Positions 37,776 through 47,002 of a DNA stretch of 64,000 nt are shown here, one piece after another. How positions within the stretch are numbered: the first letter of the stretch is position 1; the number at the start of each line of letters is the position of its first letter. This DNA comes from a virus (Duplodnaviria > Caudoviricetes). Made by a program: the position numbers and the translations under genes. The notes below the pieces were generated by a model that was not told the DNA's origin, did no database searches, and saw only the letters and a list, made by a program, of their open reading frames with translations. The DNA is taken from IMG/VR virus record IMGVR_UViG_3300048898_000066, positions 5,325 to 69,324 of that record; one strand, 5' to 3'.

Positions 37776-38780
37776 TTAAAATGGGATGTCGTCATCAAAC
37801 TTCGTCGTTTGTGTTGCGTGGTAGTGCAGAGCGCCGTAGTCACCGGCCTTGATCAGTTTGTCGATGACCTTGATGTCGTCTACTACGTCATCAAGCAGAA
37901 TGTTTTTCCAAGTGGCGAAACGGCCCAGGGAATATACGCCATAGTCACGCGTCAACGAATAGATCGCGGCACGGCGCAGGTTCTCTGGCATATCCACGAT
38001 CTTGCCGTACTTCTGGTCAACCGTCTCAATGAATGTCAGAGATCGCTTGCTTATGCCAAACGATTCGCACACCACGAAGTCCAGTTCACTTTCGATCAGA
38101 CTCAACATGTACTTGTCGGCTTCGCTGTAGCCGTCGATGGACTCGACAATCATCACATCGCCGGTGATAGATGCACGGAATACGCGCAGGTCAGGCTCTG
38201 GGTAGTAGATGGTCTGGTACACGTTAGTGCCTGGCGGCAACTGGTATCTGTCAACACGAATTGCCGCGCGGTCGGATTTGGCGCTGAGTTGCGCTTCCAG
38301 GTCCAGACTCGTGGCCGTAGCGATCACGTGCAGCGGCGCTGTGTTGATGTGCACTACATCGTCTTTGTATTGAATTTTTGGGATGTAATTGATCGGCGAG
38401 TTGTATGCAATTCGCGCACGGTGGCGATCTACCAACTGCGCGTGAAAGTCGTCCGGGGCGACGTAGCGGGTGACGGGCTCCAAATTCCAGATGCTGCGTC
38501 CACGGAGTCCGTTGGATACTTTCTGGCTGTACTGGTTTGCCATTCGGATATCGCAGGATGTGTGCAGGCGCTTGTCAGAGTGCGTCCAGATGCCCTTGTG
38601 CACCTTAACGTCTTTGAATGGGATGCCGGTGAGTTCTGACACGTTTCTGGTGCGGAAGCGGAGGAGTGCCTTGTGCTGGCTGACCTCTGAACCTGCCTCG
38701 TAAATGAATGCATCTTTGAAATGGCACGCCGCGATAAGGCCAGCAAGTCCTGCGCCGATGATGATTTGTGTTTTGCTCAT
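37776..38780 (-). CDS. FAD-dependent oxidoreductase (Glf/UDP-galactopyranose mutase-like)
   Basis: IIGAGLAG Rossmann motif; C-terminal YSLGRFATW...LDD. Confidence 0.75.
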   Translation of the reverse strand: MSKTQIIIGAGLAGLIAACHFKDAFIYEAGSEVSQHKALLRFRTRNVSELTGIPFKDVKVHKGIWTHSDKRLHTSCDIRMANQYSQKVSNGLRGRSIWNLEPVTRYVAPDDFHAQLVDRHRARIAYNSPINYIPKIQYKDDVVHINTAPLHVIATATSLDLEAQLSAKSDRAAIRVDRYQLPPGTNVYQTIYYPEPDLRVFRASITGDVMIVESIDGYSEADKYMLSLIESELDFVVCESFGISKRSLTFIETVDQKYGKIVDMPENLRRAAIYSLTRDYGVYSLGRFATWKNILLDDVVDDIKVIDKLIKAGDYGALHYHATQTTKFDDDIPF

Positions 38781-38817
38781 TGATACCTTTCTTTACATTC
38801 TATATGGTCGTTAAAAA

Positions 38818-38844
38818 GCCCAGGTAATCTTACGACTCCTGGGC
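38818..38844 (-). terminator. Intrinsic terminator, followed by TAGAAT (38797-38802)
   Basis: gcccagg...cctgggc plus TTTTT on the - strand. Confidence 0.65.
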
Positions 38845-38907
38845 CTAGGTGGTTGGTGTTAAATTTACGGAATTCGACGGTCCACCACCTTTGCTGCACT
38901 TTACAGA

Positions 38908-39699
38908 TTAGGCTTCTGCAGCCGGTTCAGGTTGCGGATCGGATTCCACGGTGTGGAATTCCAGGTGACCCATTTCTTCCAGCTTGCTCAGGTAGCTGCG
39001 GATGGACGCGCCATACAGCATGCCTTTGCACTGAGTGCCGATGTAGTCGATTTCGACTTGTTCGCCGACAGGGCAGTTTTCCTTGATCCATGCCAGCACA
39101 CGGCCACGGGTCGAAGTTTCTTGTGGCGAGGACAGGCCATGGCCGTTGTACGAGATGTGGGTGGCCTTGGCACGGCGTGCGCCATCGGTCTTGTTGGCAG
39201 CTTTGCGGTCGGCAATGGCCTTGGCGCGTTCAGCGGCCTGATCCTTGCGGGCTTGCTTCTGAGCTTCGACTTCAGCGGCCTTCTGGGCTTTGGCAGCTTC
39301 CTTGGCAGCTTCACGTTCAGCTTTAGCGGCTTCCTTGGCCTTCGCGCCTTCAGCCTTTTTCAGTTCGGCTTCAGCTTGGCGTTTTTCTGCGCGTTCAGCA
39401 GCAGCCTTTTCTTTTTCGGCCTGGCGCTCAGCAGCCTTTTGCTCGCGCTCGGCTTCCTTCAGCTTATTCTCTTCTTCACGCTTGGCTTCGCGCTCTTTGG
39501 CGGCGGCTTCACGCTTTTCTTGCTTGGCGCGGTTTTCTTCTTCGCGCTTGGCTTCTTTTTCCTTGTTTGCGGCTTCTTTCTTTGCCAGTTTTTCTGCGTC
39601 GGCAGCAGCCTTCTTCTCGGCCTTTACACGAGCGGCTTCGGCCTTGGCTGCAGCTTTTTCTTCGGTGGTCTGGGTGTTCTCTTTGGTGTTCTGATCCAT
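38908..39699 (-). CDS. K/A/E-rich protein with C-terminal winged-helix-like domain
   Basis: 263 aa; about 170 aa low-complexity helix; strong SD aaggag; TTGAAC-16-GATAAT upstream. Confidence 0.75.
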   Translation of the reverse strand: MDQNTKENTQTTEEKAAAKAEAARVKAEKKAAADAEKLAKKEAANKEKEAKREEENRAKQEKREAAAKEREAKREEENKLKEAEREQKAAERQAEKEKAAAERAEKRQAEAELKKAEGAKAKEAAKAEREAAKEAAKAQKAAEVEAQKQARKDQAAERAKAIADRKAANKTDGARRAKATHISYNGHGLSSPQETSTRGRVLAWIKENCPVGEQVEIDYIGTQCKGMLYGASIRSYLSKLEEMGHLEFHTVESDPQPEPAAEA

Positions 39700-39803
39700 G
39701 GTAAATCTCCTTTAGGTTAATTGCTGAAATAAGCAGTTGGTGAAAGGATTATCGCTTTAAACCGTGAGAGTTCAAAGCGATAATCATGAACACTGACGTC
39801 AAG

Positions 39804-40232
39804 TTAGATTCTTGGCTTTGTCGGATTAAACGGCAGCCAACTAATCCAGATAATTCCGATCCACACATCAAGACGCACATCGCGACTGGTCATCTTAAAT
39901 CCAATCGCCCGGTAGAAGGAATCGCCGCACGATCTCCAGCCTATTGGATACTTAGGCTCGTACTTGGCCAGATGTTCAACCATGGCCTTGTCGGCGGCCC
40001 ATCTCTTATTGTCGTTGCGCCATGACATGTGGCTTTGTGATTCTTGCCACGGAAAGCAACCCAATGTGACATTCAAGAAACGGAAGAATGTCAGTGACCT
40101 GTCATCGCGGCGCTTAACGATCCATCCCCATCCATGGCTGTGGTGCACAACGTACAACACTGTCGCAACCGTCACCGAAAAGATCACCATGAAGCAGCCA
40201 AGCACAAACCATAATAACAAATCCACGATCAC
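39804..40232 (-). CDS. Hypothetical membrane-anchored protein
   Basis: GTG start overlapping the helicase stop; N-terminal TM. Confidence 0.5.
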   Translation of the reverse strand: MIVDLLLWFVLGCFMVIFSVTVATVLYVVHHSHGWGWIVKRRDDRSLTFFRFLNVTLGCFPWQESQSHMSWRNDNKRWAADKAMVEHLAKYEPKYPIGWRSCGDSFYRAIGFKMTSRDVRLDVWIGIIWISWLPFNPTKPRI

Positions 40233-41404
40233 TTCTCCCTGTACATAAGCAAATTGGTGATGGCGCGGGTGATTCCGGTATAGGCCAACTGAGCATACGG
40301 AACGCCGCGCATGAACTCGTCCATCATCAAGACTCGCTCCCACTCCGACCCCTGCGAAGAGTGAATTGTCAGGCAATACCCAAAGTCCCACGCGCCAATG
40401 GCCTTCATCGCCTCCTTACGCACCTCTTCGAACTGTGCGCCTTCGTAGAAGCAAATCGGATTGAACTTGGCCCGACGTTCTTTCATGTACGTCAACGATT
40501 TGAACCGGATGTACTGAACGCCGTCCTGATCGTTCTCATCTTTCTCATAATCAGGAACATCGTCAAATCCGAGGACAATCACCTGCTCGCCGTTCATGAT
40601 TCCATGTTCGTGCTGATTGAAACGACAAACCAGTTTCTCGCCAATCTGCGGCATCATATCTGTATGACCAAGCAAACGGCGGGCGCGCTTGTTCAAGGCG
40701 ATGCGGGTGTTGTGATAGGATGACAGCATCACGGCATCTTCGCCGCAATACGACACAATCTCTTCATCGGAAGGGGTGCCAGGGCGGATTTGCACGTCAT
40801 CGTACTCGCGGAACGGCAGAGAGCTACCGCCACGGACGAACATCGAAGCGCGAACGATGTTGCCTGCGTTGCGTTCGATGTCGGTCAGGGTGAAATCTGC
40901 ATTGGCCTCGTTGAATACCTGCGCGGCCTTGACAGGCGGCACCTGCCCATAATCGCCCAACGCAAGGATTGGAATGCCATGGCGCTCAACAGCTTCGAAG
41001 TCATATTGACCAACCATGGACGATTCATCCATGACAACGAGCACAGGCGTGTAATCAAGCGCGCCCTTGCCTACGAAGATAGGTTCACCTTCCTCATTCT
41101 CGCCGCGAACGTTGTACACGAACTGGTGAAGAGTCCTCGCGGTCGGGCAACCCTTCTGGCGCAGACGGCTTGCGGCCTTCCCGGTTGGGGCGATGAATTC
41201 GACGCGGAAGTTGCTGCCTCCTGAACACTTATCAGCGATGTAGCGGGCCACGGTTGTCTTGCCCGTACCGGCGAACCCGGAAAGACGGAAGACCTGTTTA
41301 TTGTGCCTTCCGTCTTTCCATCCCTTGAACCATTCAATGGCGAGTTTGACCGCCTGTTTCTGCTGGTCGTTGAATTGATCGTAGGAGATTTGTGGCGCTG
41401 TCAT
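40229..41404 (-). CDS. SF1B ATP-dependent helicase (Dda/RecD-like)
   Basis: GFAGTGKT, APTGKAA, DESSM, GDYGQ, TIHSSQGSE and YTGITRA motifs. Confidence 0.9.
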   Translation of the reverse strand: MTAPQISYDQFNDQQKQAVKLAIEWFKGWKDGRHNKQVFRLSGFAGTGKTTVARYIADKCSGGSNFRVEFIAPTGKAASRLRQKGCPTARTLHQFVYNVRGENEEGEPIFVGKGALDYTPVLVVMDESSMVGQYDFEAVERHGIPILALGDYGQVPPVKAAQVFNEANADFTLTDIERNAGNIVRASMFVRGGSSLPFREYDDVQIRPGTPSDEEIVSYCGEDAVMLSSYHNTRIALNKRARRLLGHTDMMPQIGEKLVCRFNQHEHGIMNGEQVIVLGFDDVPDYEKDENDQDGVQYIRFKSLTYMKERRAKFNPICFYEGAQFEEVRKEAMKAIGAWDFGYCLTIHSSQGSEWERVLMMDEFMRGVPYAQLAYTGITRAITNLLMYREK

Positions 41405-41619
41405 ACGGTCACCGTCAACTTGATGCTGTGCTCTTTTGCGTGGCAGTTAATTGCCGTGATCATCTCCGCTGCGCACGACCTGATCACACCGACTTCTGGC
41501 GCGGCAGTATGCGCCTTGTGGACGACGCTAAGAAGTGCGTTGAGCGATGCCTCGCACTCAACGGTAATGATCATCGGCACAAATTCCTTCTTGCCATCTT
41601 CATATTTCAAATATGCCAT
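41401..41619 (-). CDS. Hypothetical protein
   Basis: 72 aa; gaaagga SD. Confidence 0.6.
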   Translation of the reverse strand: MAYLKYEDGKKEFVPMIITVECEASLNALLSVVHKAHTAAPEVGVIRSCAAEMITAINCHAKEHSIKLTVTV

Positions 41620-41760
41620 ATTCTTTCCTTTCTGTTAGTTGGTCCAGTTTGGCCCGTTGGGTGAGAGTATAATCGGTATTGGTGACGTAAGGTTCGGCCA
41701 CTTCGGCCACACAGCTGAAGCTATACTATCGAAGTTGAACAACCAAATAGAAAGAAGAGA

Positions 41761-42039
41761 ATGATCAATAAAGATGAGTTACTACGGAAGGCGCTGGAAA
41801 AGCAATATCCAATTCCGGATAGTCCACACACTTCTGTTGTTCAAAACAACGCCGATAAGCGCATAGCATTTCAAGAAGGTTATGAAACAGCAGTGGCTGA
41901 TGAGGCCATTCACCACCTCGCACAACTACAGTTCAGTCCAGAGCCTGGCGTTTGGCGCGCCTGCACGGCCAGTATGTATGATAAAGCGCCAGAGTACGGA
42001 TACAAACGGCGAGTGATAAAAGTAATCAGCGAGGATTAA
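41761..42039 (+). CDS. Hypothetical protein
   Basis: 92 aa; TATACT upstream. Confidence 0.6.
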   Translation: MINKDELLRKALEKQYPIPDSPHTSVVQNNADKRIAFQEGYETAVADEAIHHLAQLQFSPEPGVWRACTASMYDKAPEYGYKRRVIKVISED

Positions 42040-42204
42040 ATGATTGACAATTCAGTCCCAAAAAAATATCTCGCAACTTGCACAAAGTGCTGGAGATACT
42101 TCTACTACATCGATAGGCCTCTTGAAGAGCGAACCGGAATAATCTGCCCATGGCCCGATTGTAAATACGACCCATCTAAGCCTACTATCGAGGCCAATAA
42201 ATGA
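42040..42204 (+). CDS. Small Cys4 zinc-finger protein (below the ORF-track cutoff)
   Basis: MIDNSVPKKYLATCTKCWRYFYYIDRPLEERTGIICPWPDCKYDPSKPTIEANK; gagga SD; ATGA overlap with the primase. Confidence 0.6.
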   Translation: MIDNSVPKKYLATCTKCWRYFYYIDRPLEERTGIICPWPDCKYDPSKPTIEANK

Positions 42205-43319
42205 CACCAAAACAACGAATGGATGCCGCGCAAGAATTCCTGCGAGAACTCGGCAAAGGATTGCCTGAAGATGAACGCGTGATGGCTGGTTATGCTTCCG
42301 AAGCTACCGTGCAAACGGATGAGAATGGGAAGAAGCTCAACGCAGGTTTCTGGCCAGTCCCTTACAAAGATGGCAAGTACATTCCTGAGCGCGATAACTG
42401 TTACGTCTGCATCAGCGCATCAATTAAGACGCCGAACCCTAAGACAGGCGAGCTTCGTTACTGGCGCGGTGAAGCGTCGTTCGGTCACGGCCTGGCATTG
42501 ATGGTTGACGACATCGGAACGGGCAAAGGCTCCAAGGGGAAGCTTACTTTGGAAGAGGTCGCGGCAGTACTCAACCCGACTGCTATTGTGGAGACGTCGC
42601 CTAACAACTACCAGTTCTTTTACTTCATGAAAGAGCCTGTGGCCGACATGATTGAGTTCAAGGCATTCCTCACATCGTTCGTCGGCTCCGTCCTCAAGAA
42701 CGGCGGCGACCACACAATTAAGGATGTGGCTCGATACGGTCGCATGCCAATCGGAGTGAACAACAAGCGCACATCGCCTAATGGCCCGTTCAAGTATGCA
42801 GACGAGGTCGGTAAGCCTTTCCAGGTTCGCTTGCATAGCGCCGACTACTCGCGCCGGTACACGATGAAGGAGATTGCAGACGCCTTCGGCTTTAAGATCG
42901 TTATTCCAGTCAAGCGTAGCGTGTCCATTGAGAGCCGTTCGGAGTATGCAATGGATGCTCTGTGGCTGAAGATGGCTGAGAAGATAACAGACAAGGCACA
43001 GATGGGCGAAGGATCTAACGGCACTGTTGTGATGAATATGTCAGGCAAGTATCGCATCCGTTGCCCTTGGGGTGACGGTCACAGCAACGGCGATCCGTAC
43101 GGCGCGTATTTCCGTGGACCAATTCCCGGTGCAGACGTTGAATTTGTTTTCGGGTGCGGCCATGACACTTGTCGCAAGACGTTCAAAAGAAACTGGGGCG
43201 TGTTTGTTGATGAGATGATTATGCCAGGCATCATCTCCGATCTTGAAGAGGCCGCGCAGAAGTTCACCGAGGTTGGCTGGCACCCTAGTGCACCAATGTC
43301 CATTTGGAGGAGATTGTAA
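42201..43319 (+). CDS. Primase (RepB/AEP-type)
   Basis: LMVDDIG, ETSPNNYQ and R.GR.P.G.N.K motifs; C-terminal CPW..H....GH..C. Confidence 0.8.
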   Translation: MTPKQRMDAAQEFLRELGKGLPEDERVMAGYASEATVQTDENGKKLNAGFWPVPYKDGKYIPERDNCYVCISASIKTPNPKTGELRYWRGEASFGHGLALMVDDIGTGKGSKGKLTLEEVAAVLNPTAIVETSPNNYQFFYFMKEPVADMIEFKAFLTSFVGSVLKNGGDHTIKDVARYGRMPIGVNNKRTSPNGPFKYADEVGKPFQVRLHSADYSRRYTMKEIADAFGFKIVIPVKRSVSIESRSEYAMDALWLKMAEKITDKAQMGEGSNGTVVMNMSGKYRIRCPWGDGHSNGDPYGAYFRGPIPGADVEFVFGCGHDTCRKTFKRNWGVFVDEMIMPGIISDLEEAAQKFTEVGWHPSAPMSIWRRL

Positions 43320-43594
43320 TGCCGAATGAGCCGTCAGACTTCTATGAGGTCGGTCGTGAGTATTACTGGCTGGCGCGTGACCTGAGGACGCCTACTGGAG
43401 TGATGGTCATCGTGACAGGGCATGTCGATATGGTTGTTGATCCTCGCAACGGAATGTCAATCTGGGCCCAGCCTACCAATCTGAAAGGAAACTATGAAGA
43501 TGGAACGTTCACTGTTTGGGCTCCCAAAGGAACTCTGGTTCCAGTCGAACGTCCGTCAGGCGAAGCGAAAATATTTTCAGAATTTATGAAATAG
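43319..43594 (+). CDS. Hypothetical protein
   Basis: ggag SD; overlaps the primase stop. Confidence 0.6.
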   Translation: MPNEPSDFYEVGREYYWLARDLRTPTGVMVIVTGHVDMVVDPRNGMSIWAQPTNLKGNYEDGTFTVWAPKGTLVPVERPSGEAKIFSEFMK

Positions 43595-43597
43595 TTC

Positions 43598-43625
43598 TTG
43601 CTATAAGTCAAAAATGGCGTATAAT
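43598..43625 (+). promoter_or_regulatory. Sigma70 early promoter
   Basis: TTGCTA-16-TATAAT with AT-rich UP element. Confidence 0.75.
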
Positions 43626-43676
43626 GATCTACATGGACGCAGCGATTGGCGCGGCGAGAATGAAAGGGATAGCAAA

Positions 43677-43928
43677 ATGAACAACGCGATGAACAAAATT
43701 GACCGTCAAGTGGAAGCCAACCACAACCGCCGCATGGCCAACGAAGCCCGCCTGCTGGACCGTCAACAAGACGCCTGGGACCGGTCCTATGACGCAGCAG
43801 AAGCGATGCTGGGCAAGCTGATCCGCGATGGCAAGGAAGTGTTCTATGTGATGCCAGTAGGCGGCAAGTACCGCGAAGGCAACCGCGCCGACCTGATCGC
43901 CTTCCTGATCCGCAACCACTACGCCTAA
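43677..43928 (+). CDS. Early hypothetical protein
   Basis: gaaaggga SD; first gene after the promoter. Confidence 0.7.
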   Translation: MNNAMNKIDRQVEANHNRRMANEARLLDRQQDAWDRSYDAAEAMLGKLIRDGKEVFYVMPVGGKYREGNRADLIAFLIRNHYA

Positions 43929-43971
43929 CAACCCCGCGCCCTTCGGGGCGCATCATCGAAAGGGCAAGGAA

Positions 43972-44175
43972 ATGAAAACCGGAAAGCAAGTAGTCGAAGC
44001 GATCATGGGTAGCGCTGTGGAAATGAGCCTGGACATCGTAAAGGAGGCTTTGGAAGATAAAGCGCTGTTGGCCGTGTTCGGGGTTACTGAATCCGACCAA
44101 GAGGCAGTTGAGGAAGCTCACGAGCGCATTTGCACCATGATGCGAGCAGGTACGGTTACTATCCGCGCCGCCTAA
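43972..44175 (+). CDS. Early hypothetical protein
   Basis: 67 aa between repeats 1 and 2. Confidence 0.7.
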   Translation: MKTGKQVVEAIMGSAVEMSLDIVKEALEDKALLAVFGVTESDQEAVEEAHERICTMMRAGTVTIRAA

Positions 44176-44219
44176 CAACCCCCGCGCCCTTCTGGGCGCA
44201 TCATCGAAAGGACAAGGAA

Positions 44220-44402
44220 ATGGAAGCCAATAACACTCAAGAATTCGCGGACAAGATGACTGCTGTTGTAATGGGCTGCCGCGCAGCTGATATCAAACAG
44301 GTTGCCCACATGACAGGAGCAACTGAAGCTGCGGCATGGGAAGCCATTCAAAAGTATGGTTGCAAATGGATTGCAATCGACAGCTTGCGCAAGGTCAACT
44401 AA
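44220..44402 (+). CDS. Early hypothetical protein
   Basis: 60 aa between repeats 2 and 3. Confidence 0.7.
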   Translation: MEANNTQEFADKMTAVVMGCRAADIKQVAHMTGATEAAAWEAIQKYGCKWIAIDSLRKVN

Positions 44403-44440
44403 TACCGCCCTTCGGGCGTACCATCGAAAAGGATAAGGAA

Positions 44441-44626
44441 ATGAGCAAAGCAAAACAGGCGTACGACGCCCTTGGAAACGAGATTTTCGCGGCAACCATC
44501 GAAACGCTGCGGAAAGATGACGCGAACATCGTAACCGATGATGGCAACGGCACCATCGAATGCAAATTTGAGGACGGCTCTGTTTTGGCCTTCAGTAACG
44601 GATTCGCATTTGTGAGTGGCGCTTAA
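44441..44626 (+). CDS. Early acidic hypothetical protein
   Basis: 61 aa after repeat 3. Confidence 0.7.
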   Translation: MSKAKQAYDALGNEIFAATIETLRKDDANIVTDDGNGTIECKFEDGSVLAFSNGFAFVSGA

Positions 44627-44668
44627 CAATGCGTGCTGAACTATCGACTGTCCAGTAGGAGAAGCCAA

Positions 44669-45280
44669 TTGAAAGCCAAACACATTCAAAAGCTTGTTGG
44701 TGACCTGCGTGAATACGCCAGCCACCCAGGCTACAGTCACAGCTACTACGTCGACACGATGCGCCAAGCTGCTGACGTTCTTGCCGAGCGGGCTGCATCT
44801 CCAGCAGAGAGCGTGCAGAGCAAAGAGTTGTGGAGTATTTTTGCTGAATACATGAGAGCGCACCGGGAAGGCCCTAGGGAGCGCCTTAACGCTGCTGCTG
44901 ATCAAATCGATACGTGGGTTGACACCATCAACGCCAATATCGCCGTCCACGCCGAAGGCCGACGCCGCGCCATGGAAGAACTGGCGAAAGAGAAGGAGCG
45001 GGCGGAAGAATTGCAAGCGCGTCTTGATGCTGCGCTGTCAGGAAAGCTTGCACATGCCGCCGATGTAGGCCAGGGGCAATGCAGCAAGGTGCACGCTAAG
45101 GTGGAGGAATTTGGCTTCAACACGCAAGACTGCCGTCTGGTCATCACCGAGCGATACGGGAAACAAGAACTGCGGATGCACCACGAAGATGCACGGTTCA
45201 TTGTCGAAGCGATTGCCCACGCCAAACGCATCACCTCCAATTCCATCGCTCAGGATGGGCAGAAGTCGGAGGATGCATGA
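44669..45280 (+). CDS. Hypothetical coiled-coil protein
   Basis: aggag SD, TTG start. Confidence 0.6.
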   Translation: MKAKHIQKLVGDLREYASHPGYSHSYYVDTMRQAADVLAERAASPAESVQSKELWSIFAEYMRAHREGPRERLNAAADQIDTWVDTINANIAVHAEGRRRAMEELAKEKERAEELQARLDAALSGKLAHAADVGQGQCSKVHAKVEEFGFNTQDCRLVITERYGKQELRMHHEDARFIVEAIAHAKRITSNSIAQDGQKSEDA

Positions 45281-45585
45281 GCAGCAACCAACGAAAGGAA
45301 ATTCTGAAGTGGTTTTGGCTTAGTTTTTGTGACATTGAAGCTCCGAAAGGTCAGCAGTTTCTTGGTGTCGTCATTCTTCAGGCCGACTGTGCAATGAATG
45401 CTGTCACGCTTTCGCATACAAATCACATTAACCCTGGTGGTGAAGTGCAGATTGTAGAGCTTTATGACGAATTTGCCACTAATATTCCAGAAGTGATGCG
45501 ATACCGCTTGCTGACGCGCCATGAAGTTGAGACCATCGGCAAGCTCAAAGACCCGAAAGTCCTCATCGGCGAGATCATCGCCTAA
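45277..45585 (+). CDS. Hypothetical protein
   Basis: WLSF..FLGV and INPGGEV motifs. Confidence 0.65.
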   Translation: MSSNQRKEILKWFWLSFCDIEAPKGQQFLGVVILQADCAMNAVTLSHTNHINPGGEVQIVELYDEFATNIPEVMRYRLLTRHEVETIGKLKDPKVLIGEIIA

Positions 45586-45624
45586 GTAATACTTACTAAC
45601 GTAACTCAAGAAGGAGTTCAATCA

Positions 45625-45852
45625 ATGCAAGTCCAGCTGACCAAAATCAACACCATCGTTTTCCTGTCTGGCGAGAAGGGTCGGGAGCGCTTTGACGCCA
45701 TCGAAGTTCCACCTACAGTAGGAGACTGGAAGCCTATGGCTCGTCCGAACTACTATGACCAGCAGGCCGGTTTCACGCACTTCCGCTATTTGAAGAAAGT
45801 CGTTGCTCTGGGCGGCTTGCCCATCTCGTTCGAAGTGCGGGAGGCGAAATAA
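45625..45852 (+). CDS. Hypothetical protein
   Basis: aaggag SD. Confidence 0.65.
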   Translation: MQVQLTKINTIVFLSGEKGRERFDAIEVPPTVGDWKPMARPNYYDQQAGFTHFRYLKKVVALGGLPISFEVREAK

Positions 45853-46262
45853 TGGGCTGCGACATCCATCTGAGCGTCGAGAAGAAACAGGCTGACGGAT
45901 CGTACGAACAAGTTGATTTGGAGTTGTCATACTTCGACAACCGCAACTATGACTTCTTCGGATGGCTCGCCAACGTTCGCAACTACTGCGGCGTGATGGA
46001 TCCAATTGCCGCGCATCGTGGCATTCCTGAGAACTCGCCTGCTTTCGAAATGGTCAAGCGCAGCTACTATTATCACAGCGGATCGTGGGTGAGCGTTAAT
46101 GAATTGTTGACGGTATGCTACGAGGACACTTTCGTTTATTCACGCGGCGCAAAGCCAGAACGCATCACTTACCGTGAACTGCTCGGTGAGGATTATTTCA
46201 AGGACTTGGAGGCAATGCGCAAGTCTAGCGTTGATAGAGTCGTGTTCTGGTTCGATTGCTAA
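45852..46262 (+). CDS. Conserved phage hypothetical protein
   Basis: MGCDIH, RNY..F..LA.VR and R.VFWFD motifs. Confidence 0.7.
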   Translation: MGCDIHLSVEKKQADGSYEQVDLELSYFDNRNYDFFGWLANVRNYCGVMDPIAAHRGIPENSPAFEMVKRSYYYHSGSWVSVNELLTVCYEDTFVYSRGAKPERITYRELLGEDYFKDLEAMRKSSVDRVVFWFDC

Positions 46263-46272
46263 GGAGAATTAA

Positions 46273-46521
46273 ATGAGTGCAAATAAAGGGTTCGTCTTTG
46301 AAGCGCTGACCGTTGACTTGATTCGCAATGGGTCTATCGCTTATGTCCTTAAGCCCGGTGCAATCGTTCAGAGAGTAAAGGTTGTTGGCTTTCGCATTTA
46401 CGCTAACGAACGTGATAATCACCCCTACATCGAGTATGAGATCAAGGACTCGGCAGGTGCAACAGAACTCGTTTCTGCCACGCACATTTACAACAACCCA
46501 TCAACCGCATTTGGAGTTTAA
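46273..46521 (+). CDS. Hypothetical protein
   Basis: aaggag SD. Confidence 0.65.
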   Translation: MSANKGFVFEALTVDLIRNGSIAYVLKPGAIVQRVKVVGFRIYANERDNHPYIEYEIKDSAGATELVSATHIYNNPSTAFGV

Positions 46522-46523
46522 TC

Positions 46524-46820
46524 ATGGCTAAAGTAGTGCGGAAATACGCCATTGACGTATCGAGCATCCAAGAGATCAAGATGCCGAAGGATTCTCAAGT
46601 TCTGACTGCACAAATGCAAGGAGGCACGCTCCAGTTATGGGCACTTGTCGACCCGGATGAAGCCGCGTTCTGTCAGTCCCAATACCGTCGAATTATTGTC
46701 GTCGGCACCGGGCATACGATTCTGCAAGACAGCGGATTGAACTATGTCGCCACCGTCCAGATTCCGACCGAAGCAATGGGACCTCTTGTATTTCATGTAT
46801 TTGATGGAGGTGTGTTTTGA
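46524..46820 (+). CDS. Conserved phage hypothetical protein
   Basis: P....L..Q.Q....LWA.VD, GTGH and VFHVF motifs. Confidence 0.7.
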   Translation: MAKVVRKYAIDVSSIQEIKMPKDSQVLTAQMQGGTLQLWALVDPDEAAFCQSQYRRIIVVGTGHTILQDSGLNYVATVQIPTEAMGPLVFHVFDGGVF

Positions 46821-47002
46821 TCACCTTCAAGCCAAGACAGGGGTGGGTCACCGTACTTAAGAACGGCAACCCAATCGGAGAGATAATTCCATCAGCATGC
46901 ATCTCTGGCGGCTGGTACTACTGCCCATTCAAGACTGGTGAAAGCATCGGCCCGGTAATGCGCTCGCCGCAAGAAGTTCAACAATCATTGAAAGGACTGT
47001 AA
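46817..47002 (+). CDS. Hypothetical protein (paralog pair, copy 1)
   Basis: ggagg SD; resembles the next gene. Confidence 0.6.
   Translation: MITFKPRQGWVTVLKNGNPIGEIIPSACISGGWYYCPFKTGESIGPVMRSPQEVQQSLKGL

Larger units (their letters stand above)
43922..44443 (+). repeat. Three copies of a stop-hairpin-SD-ATG spacer
   Basis: 43922-43974, 44169-44222 (near identical) and 44400-44443; core cgcccttcgggcg, catcgaaa, aaggaaatg. Confidence 0.85.

Noticed and set aside
38908-39699. Captured host TolA
   Set aside because: No N-terminal TM anchor or TolA C-domain; similarity is compositional only
38932-39720. Hydrophobic 262-aa plus-strand ORF resembling a membrane protein
   Set aside because: Artefact of reading K/E/A codons in antisense (F/L/G/S-rich)
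43922-44443. Possible CRISPR array or integron attC sites
   Set aside because: Only three copies; spacers are whole genes; repeats carry SD and ATG; no cas or integrase gene
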